This document shows, piece by piece, positions 10,400 to 19,700 of a DNA stretch of 64,000 nt. Source of the DNA: Nemertoderma westbladi (taxonomy: Eukaryota; Animalia; Xenacoelomorpha); NCBI GenBank assembly GCA_032718475.1, contig JAUCBJ010004405.1:1-64000 (forward strand), read 5' to 3'. The notes beneath the pieces are model-generated. The model was given only the letters and a program-made list of their open reading frames with translations, did no database searches and had not been told where the DNA came from. Made by a program: the position numbers and the translations under genes. Position 1 is the first letter of the stretch. The number at the start of each line of letters is the position of its first letter.

Positions 10400-11092
10400 T
10401 TAGTAAGTCGACGGGTTTAGTAATAGCCCCCCCTTACAGAGTTCCTCTATCACTGACTTGGCCATGCTAACTGTACCTCCGTAGATTGAAGTTAAGCGAT
10501 CGTATGCTAACTCGAAGGCATCTGGTACACCAACGAAAGTCTCCGCTAAGCGTTTGGGTTCTCCCGTCAAGGTTTGAAGCAAATAATTGAACTTTTCCCT
10601 TGATGTAAAAGCGCACGCCGCAATTTGAGATTCGATGTAGTCTACGAACGTGTGCCAATGTTTGGAGTTGCCGGAAAACTTAGGTGGTTGTTGCACCGGT
10701 AGTCCTTGTCTGGCTGCGAATTTGGCTATCTCCTCGGCTACATTCAAAGTTTCGCGTCCTTGGTTGGCAATCGAGTTGATGTTCTCCCGTCTTGGCGCTT
10801 TTCTTTGATACGAGGTGGTTCTCGAAGGTATCACTCTTTGCGGATCCTTCGGGTTTCTATTGTGTTCGAATTCGGTGTTTCTCGAACTATCGGTTTGAAC
10901 TTCCTCCAAGCGTTCCTCGATCTGAGCCAACTTGTTAACAACTGGTCGCAGAATGTCGGCGAACTGTTGTGTACTGATCGCGTCCGTTGGTTGTAACGCT
11001 TTCTGTGTTGGTGTATTTCGTGGAGGATTGTCTATAAAGGAATTGTCTGAACGCTCGCGTTTGTATTCATCGGCCGCTCCTGTTCTAAACAC
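10400..11092 (-). CDS. gag: Element 1 gag capsid-like region (DUF1759-type)
   Basis: PKFSGNSKHWHTF...EKFNYL...LTGEPK...YG. In frame with 11222-13402 across a single TGA. Confidence 0.85.
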   Translation of the reverse strand: MFRTGAADEYKRERSDNSFIDNPPRNTPTQKALQPTDAISTQQFADILRPVVNKLAQIEERLEEVQTDSSRNTEFEHNRNPKDPQRVIPSRTTSYQRKAPRRENINSIANQGRETLNVAEEIAKFAARQGLPVQQPPKFSGNSKHWHTFVDYIESQIAACAFTSREKFNYLLQTLTGEPKRLAETFVGVPDAFELAYDRLTSIYGGTVSMAKSVIEELCKGGLLLNPSTY

Positions 11093-11209
11093 CTCGCGTT
11101 CCGGGTAATCCGATTCGCTCGAAGTGCTGCTATCACCTGGATACGGTGGCCGATGTGCTCGCGTCCGTTGGGTTGTCCGAATTCTAACATTCCGCTTCGG
11201 AACATCGTC

Positions 11210-11550
11210 TACTGGTTTCCGTCATTCGGTAGGCTCGCAGGTCTTCCTCGAAGTCGTAGATTGCGATGTAAACTGGTTAAGCGGTCGTGTATCCACTGGT
11301 CTCCGTTGTTCGGTAGGCTCGCAGGTCTTCCTCGAAGTCGTAGATTGCGATGTAAACTGGTTAAGCGGTCGCGTATCCACTGGTCTCCGTTGCTCGGTAG
11401 GCTCGCAGGTCTTCCTCGAAGTCGTAGATTGTGATGTAAACTGGTTAAACCGGTTAAGCGGTCGCGTATCCACTGGTCTCCGTTGCTTGGTAGGCTCACA
11501 AGTCTTCCTCGAAGTCGTAGATTGCGATGTAAACTGAATTCGTGGTCGCG
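11210..11550. repeat. 84-bp (28-aa) tandem repeat x4 inside gag
   Basis: Unit NQFTSQSTTSRKTCEPTEQRRPVDTRPL repeated; one copy has a 9-nt insertion. Confidence 0.95.
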
Positions 11551-13402
11551 TAATGGCGTTTGAGTCCAAAGTCCTCGTAGGTCTAAACACAGTTGGGTTT
11601 ACGTTGTGCGTAACCGGTTTTGGTGTCGATGGTTGACTCACCTGTTTAGTCGTTATTAATGTAGGTCCGACTAATAAACTACTACGATCTGTAATCGGTG
11701 GGTTACTTACCTTGACTCTCGGAATAGGCGATGACGTTGCTCTTGGCAGTACAAACTTGTCTGGAATAACATACCTGTGTTCCGTTGCATCGTGTATAGG
11801 AGATATACTACTACTACCAGCAATCGAAACAGGTCCTTTATTCGTAATTGGTGCGAACATCGGAGTTACTTGCGGAAATCGTTGACATAAGTCTTTAACT
11901 AATTCCCGTTCTCGCTCAGGTGCTCCTACGCTTCCTTCCTTCATTCGTTCCTGAATTTGACGATGTCTTACCTCTAACCGGTCTAGATCGTGTCCGTCTT
12001 GAGATCTCCTCGATCGATCGCGGGCTTGTAGATCCAGATCTTCCTTAGCGTTGGCTAATTCTCTCGCCTTCTTCTCGAGTTCGAAATGAAGTTTAACTTC
12101 CTTCTCGCGTTGTTCCATCTGTTGTTGTTGCGCCTCGAACTCCGCTAGTCGTATAGCTGATTGAGCCTTTATTTGCCGTTTTCTTAATTCGGCTCGGGCT
12201 TCCGAAACTCGCCTTTGTTCGTCCAATTCGGCTGTTGCCGCTTGTTGCTCCAACTCAGCCGTTCGTCGCGCTAACTCAGCTGCCGCTTGTCGTTCCAACT
12301 CAGCTGCTGTCGCTTGTCGTTCCAACTCAGCTGCTGTCGCTTGTCGTTCCAACTCAGCTGTTGCTGCTCGTTGCGCTAACTCAGCTGCTGCCGCTCGCTG
12401 TGCTATTTCTAACTCCAACCTTTCCATCTCAGCCGCTTCCAACTCGGCTTGTTCTTGTAGATGAGAGATTCTCGCAACATTTGCAACGCGTAGCTTCTCT
12501 TCATCTACCACCGCTTGTACCGTTAACAGTTGAGTTTGTTCCTCAATTTCTCGTTGTTGTCTATAGTACTGTTGTTGCTGTCGAGAAATTTCTGACGTCA
12601 CTATACTTACCTCGCCAATTTCGCTGCGAATACTCACTAATGACTGGTCCAGTATTCCCGGTGCCGATTCGATTTGTACGGGTGAAGTTTTCCTTGTATA
12701 TTCCGGCACGGTTTCCAAATCGCCGACGTCTTCGCCGCACATACGTAAGTGATCCGTCAGATGTTTCAATTGTCCATCCAGTCGGTACAGTTCTTGTTCT
12801 TCCTCGGGCTGTAACAACTCGTCGGAAACCGACTCACCTAATAACTGGTCCGCTTGTTCCTGTTGTATCTGTCTAACGGTCATCTTAAACTGAATCAGTT
12901 TCTCCCTAGCAATCATTAATTTCTCGAGGATTCTAAACTGTGTGTCCATATCCTGTCTCTGTCTAGCTAGATCTTGTAGACCAATTAGATTATCTACAGA
13001 CTTATGTACTTTACTCTGTACTCTAACCTGTAGGGTGTAGAACTCGAACCGAGACATCGGAGCGGTCAACTCGTCTAATATGCGTTGGCCTTCTCCAATA
13101 CTCCTGGTAATATGCGCCATGTATCCTCCGACGCTTCTAACCACGCTCTCCTGGCTTCCTACTGAACTTACCATGTCCGTTTCTCTATGTCTAGGTTGCG
13201 GGACCGTTAGGAAATCCTCAGTCCTGCCGTCGCCTTGTACTACGGCATCCGGTACTCCCGTTGGATGTACTGGTGACATGCACGGTGTAGGTTCGGTAGG
13301 CTCACGAGTCTTCCCCTGTGGTTCTTCCGCTTCTGACTTATCCGCATCACATGAGTCATAGTCGGTTTGTGTATTCTTCGTATAGTCTTGTTTGTCACTC
13401 AT
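11222..13402 (-). CDS. gag: Element 1 gag N-terminal region (coiled coil, AELERQ repeats)
   Basis: 726-aa ORF upstream of and in frame with the capsid region; E/Q/R/A-rich heptads. Confidence 0.85.
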   Translation of the reverse strand: MSDKQDYTKNTQTDYDSCDADKSEAEEPQGKTREPTEPTPCMSPVHPTGVPDAVVQGDGRTEDFLTVPQPRHRETDMVSSVGSQESVVRSVGGYMAHITRSIGEGQRILDELTAPMSRFEFYTLQVRVQSKVHKSVDNLIGLQDLARQRQDMDTQFRILEKLMIAREKLIQFKMTVRQIQQEQADQLLGESVSDELLQPEEEQELYRLDGQLKHLTDHLRMCGEDVGDLETVPEYTRKTSPVQIESAPGILDQSLVSIRSEIGEVSIVTSEISRQQQQYYRQQREIEEQTQLLTVQAVVDEEKLRVANVARISHLQEQAELEAAEMERLELEIAQRAAAAELAQRAATAELERQATAAELERQATAAELERQAAAELARRTAELEQQAATAELDEQRRVSEARAELRKRQIKAQSAIRLAEFEAQQQQMEQREKEVKLHFELEKKARELANAKEDLDLQARDRSRRSQDGHDLDRLEVRHRQIQERMKEGSVGAPERERELVKDLCQRFPQVTPMFAPITNKGPVSIAGSSSISPIHDATEHRYVIPDKFVLPRATSSPIPRVKVSNPPITDRSSLLVGPTLITTKQVSQPSTPKPVTHNVNPTVFRPTRTLDSNAITRPRIQFTSQSTTSRKTCEPTKQRRPVDTRPLNRFNQFTSQSTTSRKTCEPTEQRRPVDTRPLNQFTSQSTTSRKTCEPTEQRRPVDTRPLNQFTSQSTTSRKTCEPTE

Positions 13403-15450
13403 TTCGGTAGTTGTAAGTCAAGTAAAGTGAGTGTCAAAGTATCAAACTTACCGTATTTTATATCTAAACGGTATTAATTACAGTCATATAAAATTAGCCT
13501 ACCGGTCGATTTTATAGCAGATGGATAAAATTAGCCTAGCGGCCAATTTTACAGCAAATAAATGTCACGGAATAAGTATATAATAAAATTAGCCTACCGG
13601 CCAATTTTACAACAAATAAATCAGATAACGATATACGTTATCAAAGGGTAGATTAAATACAATAATACGGACTAATTCAGCAATAAACAAAGAAATCGTA
13701 CGGAATGCATAAATACTTGAGACAGTGGAACCCACAATAATTTTAACTAATACGGTAATGCCTAACTTATTTATGCAACTTTTCGAACTCACCCCCTCCA
13801 ATGATTCTCCAGAAAAACAGATTCCCAGATACAAACCGGACGTGAACCTTTCCGTTTCCAGCGTTGCGGACGAAGTGCGATTTTCCCAACCAAAGTTGTT
13901 GAGTTATCTATCTCCCAAACTTGCTAAACACGGTCTTGCTCTCATTACAGTCTAGAAATGAGCTCTGAATCCTGAAAAACAAAAGAGTTAGGTTTTACTT
14001 TTTACGAAAATTTTGTACCGGTACAATATGGTATTTAAACCCCTTTAAACACCGGTATTCAATTCCAAATATTTTACACGAGGTTCAAATCAAAATTTTA
14101 TTTCAAAAAATTAGCACTTAGCTGATCAAATATAAACTTTTACCTCAAAATACAAAATTTTCAAATAACTTTAGTCCTACCGAACCGTAGTTCAGTAAAA
14201 CATATTCCTACTATACGAAGAGACAGTAACAAAATACCCTGCAATATCTTACTGTAAAGTTTGTGAATCAAATCATAAATCCGACCTTCTCACCAAATCA
14301 GTAAACTCTAAGTAAGCGAATATATATATTGCAGTATTTTGTCTCTTATAACCGGTGAGGCAGAAAACAGTCTACGAACGGACAAACTTCGATAAAACAA
14401 AATCGCGCGCAGCGAATCCTAAAATCAGGCTGACTCACTGATGGACTAAGGGGCTCGTATACTTTGCCGCGGTGTGATTTATATGGTTGAGCGAGAGAGA
14501 CGCTAGCTAGGTGCAGAAAAGTCTAACTAGCGGGCAAAGCGCAGTATGGACAAAAATTATTTTATATATTTTGAGGTGTAAATAATTTCTAACGCGCGTG
14601 TGTCTTGATTCTAAACAGTCAAAGTCAGTTTTGCTCCTTCACATATATAATTACTGGGTCCGGTGTGCATTTTACAAATATTCTAATTTTGTAACTTGTA
14701 GGTCCAATACTCACGAATGATAAGGCTCCTTCCCCTTTTGTGTATTTCCAGGACTCAAATTCAGGCATAAGGTTAATACTACGCCCAGAATTCGGCAATT
14801 TAATTTACCAGGTCCCTAATACTAAGAAGAAATGTGTTAGTTTACTACAGTAGGCGTACAGTTACTAATAGCTAGCCTGGTGTTCTTATCTAGAATTTTG
14901 GTTGCCTAGATGGGCACGGCAACTTCCTAACAGAATGTTGGCGGGGACACGATAGATGTTAGTATCCCTAATAGCCTCAATTTATTTTGCGCCTAGTAAT
15001 AAACTGCCCTACCGCCTGAACGGTACAATCCTAATTCAGGTAAAACACAGTAACCCTTCTGGCCTACAAGTTCTAATGCAATGGACACCGTTGTACTACA
15101 AATAGTCACAGACGCACCTGTACTTAGCAAGAGTTAGGCGTACAGTTTGCTGCACCCTACCAATGTGTATGCCTTGTACCGGTGTGCCTGCATCCTATCT
15201 GTGTACTAGTATCTCTGTCTGATCTCCTCCTCTCCCTGTAGGAATATGAAGGTCTACTGTGGGTTTTTCTTTGAATTAAGACAGTACGGTCCCTAGATGT
15301 AAATTTTAGCGCACAGTGTGTCACTACCTCTACCTTCGATCTTTGGTCTTACACTTAAGTAGCAAGGCATTGAACGCTGTCTAACCTTTCAGGCGATGGG
15401 CGAATAACTAAGAATGATATTGCGGGTTGTCTCCTCCTACATTCCTCAGA

Positions 15451-16115
15451 TGTTCCCGTTCATCGCTGTGGCCCGATGTTTAGCCTGCCATCCTGTCCCT
15501 CAGTTAGGTTCACCGTGGTAAAACATGATAGAAAAAGGGCAGATGTAACAAGTATTTCTAACTTTTATTACAAAAGATATACGTAAACGTAACAAGAAAC
15601 TAATAGATAACTAATAAGTGATAATGTAGTAAAGTTATAGATTAGGATAAGCAAGATTGATGGTTAACTAATGAACAAAATCGCACCTTTTATAGCAAAT
15701 TTGTGCTGCAATCAATCGAGAAAATTCTCGATTGTTCTATGAGTTCTAATAGGTTTTTAAAGATAACTATTGGTCCAGCGAATATATAACTTGCATGACA
15801 TTGGTTACTATCTAATAACTGCAATCCCATTGGTTAATCTACTTCGAGCAAATGCAATTTAATTTGTAGTGGTTAATTTAAATGAGTTGAAACTTAGCAC
15901 AAAAATAATTCGCACCTACTAAGATTCGAACTCGATACCTACTACATATAATTTCCAACGCTTTACCGACTGAGCTACTGAACCACTTGAATAATCATCA
16001 TACAAATAGATATAGTAAATACAAATGAGGACTTAATGTAATCTTTATAGCAAAGTTAATTCGAACAAAATAAAATTTTGAAAATCCACGGCATTTATGA
16101 GAATATAATTCTATA
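15451..16115 (-). repeat. 5' LTR of element 1 (left boundary inferred)
   Basis: Minus strand: CCAAT boxes (~15770-15835), TATAAAA (~15688-15694), AATAAA (~15564-15569). Ends GAACA at 15451, resembling the family B LTR end (tgttc...gtttaRcctgcca on plus). Confidence 0.65.
15912..15984 (-). ncRNA. tRNA-derived Pol III-type unit inside the LTR U3 (not a functional tRNA)
   Basis: GGTTCAGTAGCTCAGTCGGTAAAGCG (A box) ... GAGTTCGAATC (B box), followed by TTATTTTT. Acceptor and anticodon stems do not pair. Confidence 0.6.
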
Positions 16116-16782
16116 TAATAATTAATATTTAGGATGGGCACCAGTTTATTCCAGAACTTGTCTGGAGACGTTAACCACTGATTCTAGAAATTTGTATATC
16201 GGTGGGTGCCGCGATATCTTAATCGACTAGAATTACAGATGGTCAAAGGGTTTAACAGATTTATTTGCGTTGTACGCTACTGTTAAAGGGACATCACGCT
16301 ACTATATGTATTATTTAATGTACGGTATGAGAGCAATATCGCACGAAGCAATGTCAGTGAGAAGAGGCAAGTCGTTTCCAAGGTCTACCCAGAACTTGGT
16401 TTAGCCGAGACACGAGGATCTGAATTTTGCATTCCTAATACTCTACTTTACCAATAATACTTGAATATAGTAGGAGCTTTATTGTACTTTAATAAGTACG
16501 GACATTTCATCTTACTGTAGTCACGTATTTTTAATGTAATACGGACAGTAAGGAAAGAGAAAATAATTATTTCTCGCCGTCGCACTAAATATATAATATA
16601 TAAGTAATTAAGTAATAAACACTAATATACATTGCACTAATCTACTAAATAATCGCTAAAATAACATTCTACCAAATAAAATTAAAGAAAACGATTATAA
16701 TAAAATTACATAATAATACATACATAAATATAAAATGATAAGAATATAAAATAATATGGTCACACACCCACTCCATACGCTA

Positions 16783-19700
16783 CTAAGCTGGGGAGTCCCT
16801 AGATGTTTGTTGGATTAGGGAGGTGGTCGTGGGAAGAGTATCTTGTCTTCCATAGTTTCCGGAGAGTTCTCTGTCTCTTTCCAGTAAACATAAGCGACCA
16901 ACTGGGCGATTGAGCTGCTGTGTCTCGAAGACAATTCCTGGTTTCTTGAAGTTACGTCGCATGATGACGAGTTCTACCGATCGCACCAAACCGTCATCCG
17001 AGATGTGAGTCTCAATGATACGACCTGTCTGCCACCGCTTACGTGGAAGATCTGCATCCACAATAAGGACCATGTCTCCAGCGCTGACGTTTTCTTGCTG
17101 CGCAAACCACTTAGTTCGAAGTTGTAGCGTGGGCAGATAATGTTTTTCGAAATGGTCAGCGAAACGACGGGATAACAACTGCATGAGTTGCCAAGTTTGC
17201 CGGCAGTATTCGTCTCCGTCTGTGATTTCCGATTGTGGGAGCATGGCTACAGGTTTCTTCAGTAGGAAGTGCGCGGGTGTTAGCGCTTCCAGGGAATCGG
17301 GACTCGATGAGACTGGCATAAGCAGTCTCTCGTTGAGATAGGCGGCGATTTCCTCCATTAACGTCCGCAAAAGTTCGTCGGTGAGATACGCGCGGCACGG
17401 CACTATAAAGAGAAATGCGGTCTTCACACTTCTAATTAATCTCTCCCAACTTCCTCCCCACCAAGGGGCGTCGGCGGCGTTGAAGGTCCAGCTAGACGCT
17501 GTTACCTTTAGCTGATCGTCCACCTGTCTTTGGTTCCAATCTTTGACGTAATCTTTGATTTCATTGTTGGCACCAATGAAGTTTGTTCCCTTATCAGATC
17601 TCATCGTGTTGCTAGTTCCAAAGCGAGCGATCTGTTGTCGTAAGCTTAATAGGAAGCTGTTGGTAGATAAATCGTTCACCATATCGAGATGGATAGCTCT
17701 ACAAGTCATACAAACAAAGATGACACACCATCTCTTGACTATAGTCCTAGCACGATATACTTCAATAGGGCCAAATAAATCTACACCGGTATTAGTAAAG
17801 GGTGGTTCATAGAAGCTTACTCGTTCCCTAGGTAATTCTGCCTCTCGCTGTGTTAAAGGCCTACTGAATGCTTTCCTACAGGGTATGCAGTTCCTAAGAA
17901 CTTGGTTCAGAGCTCTACGCGGTTTATAAAAATAATAGCGAGTTCGAATTTCGCTAAGAACTCGTTCTCTACCAGCATGATAAAGTTTGCTGTGAACATC
18001 TACAATCATCTTGACTTGTATTTCAAGATTTCTAATGAGTATGGGAAACTTAGTGTCAAAGGATAATGGAGCATTCGTTAATCTTCCTCCAACACGTATC
18101 AACCCATCTATCATTGTGCTAGCGAAACGATCTCTTAAGCGCATCTGTGGATTTCTCAACAACAGGAAATACTTATCGGAATCATCATAGCATTGCAGGA
18201 GTCTCAGCATCTGCTTGTTGGTTTCTTCATGCTCCTGATAACCGATCTTCTCCTTCAGAAACCTGTCGGATATCTTATATTTGGGAAGATCTTTAACAAC
18301 ATGGACCTGCACCGATGTCAGGGGAGCGGTATCACCTTTGGTCTTCGTCCCGGAGTAGTGATGATGAAAACATCTTTTTAAATATGTAACGGCTTTACAG
18401 AGCCGATTCCAGGAACTGTAGTGATGTATCGCTCTCTGCAGGAGAGGTAAGAGTCCTTGCGAGACGTCTGGTATTCCAGATTTCCAATCCTTCTCACGGA
18501 TTTCCACAACAGACTTATTTATGGCTGTGGGTTTCTGATCCAAAGCGTCGTCTCCGGAAGTATGTAGTACAGACAGATCTACCATAGGTTTGAATAACTT
18601 CGATTTACTCGCCCGAGTTTTAGGTTTGACTTTCTCCGCTCCCTTGGCCTGTCTGATCTCTGCCGTAGTAAGATGAGGAGGCCATTCTTCTTCTTCTTTG
18701 TAGAGGAAGTCGGGTCCACCTAACCAGTCTGGAGTATCTACCAGTTCTTGTGGAGTAGCTCCCCTGGAGGCGATGTCTGCTGGATTGATCGTTCCGGGGC
18801 AATGTCTCCATTGATCCATTGTCGTGCGACTGAGTATAATAGCTACTCTGTTGGTAACGAAGACGCTGAACTGACAGACTTCATTGGTTATATACTCCAA
18901 CACGAGTAAAGCATCGGTCCAATAGACAGTTTTCTCCAGTGGATAGTCAATCTGTTCTGTTACATTCCGGCCGATGGCTGTAGCGTATAGAGCCGCTTTT
19001 AACTCCGCTCGAGGAACTTTCAACTTGTTGTTTATCAATGCCTTAGAGGTAACCAAGGCGACCTTGATTCCATCTGGAGTTTCCACTCTTAGGTAGGCTA
19101 CTATACCTATTCCCATATCGCTGGCGTCTTCAAACACATGGAGTTGATAGGAATACGTAGGGAGAACATGACCAAAATATGAACGGGAAATTATAAAGTT
19201 CTCGATGGCTGGTAGAGAATCTTCCCATTTCATCCACTTCTTTAATAATTCTCCCTTAAGTGGATTGTCCCATGAGTGGTTTTCAAGCCACATTTGTTGT
19301 ACTAAACTCCGAGCAATCAATATAACTGGGCTAATAAATCCCAATGGATCGAAATAAGTGCTCAGGATACTTAAACAAATCCGTTTAGTCCGAACTGGAT
19401 TATCTCGCTGTTTTAGCTGGAAAAACAGGATATCTCTCTCTGTGTCCCATTTCAAACCAAGTGTCTTGGTTTCTGGAAGATCATCTTTGATTAGATCTAG
19501 GTCTTTCGCTCCTCGATCTTCTACCGGGATCGACTCCAGAAACTCACGGGAGTTGCTGGTGAATTTAGTTAATCGAAATCCACCTCTTTTTAAGCACTCT
19601 ACCGTTCCTTTAGCTACATCAGTGGCTTCTTCGACTGATGGAAGGGACTTTAGATTGTCGTCCATGTATATATCCCGTTTGATGTTGTCAATCACCTCTT

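Larger units (their letters stand above)
284..16115 (-). mobile_element. BEL/Pao LTR retrotransposon, element 1 (family A): 5'LTR-gag-PR-RT-RNaseH-IN-accessory ORF-3'LTR
   Basis: BEL domain order with three Gag zinc knuckles. 140-bp direct repeat at 284-423 and 15976-16115 (one mismatch seen). Polypurine tract GGAGCGG (minus strand) abuts the 3' LTR. Confidence 0.93.

Noticed and set aside
4562-10400. Programmed frameshifts between the element 1 pol fragments
   Set aside because: Breaks fall inside conserved domains while the LTRs are almost identical; more likely sequencing indels or recent decay.
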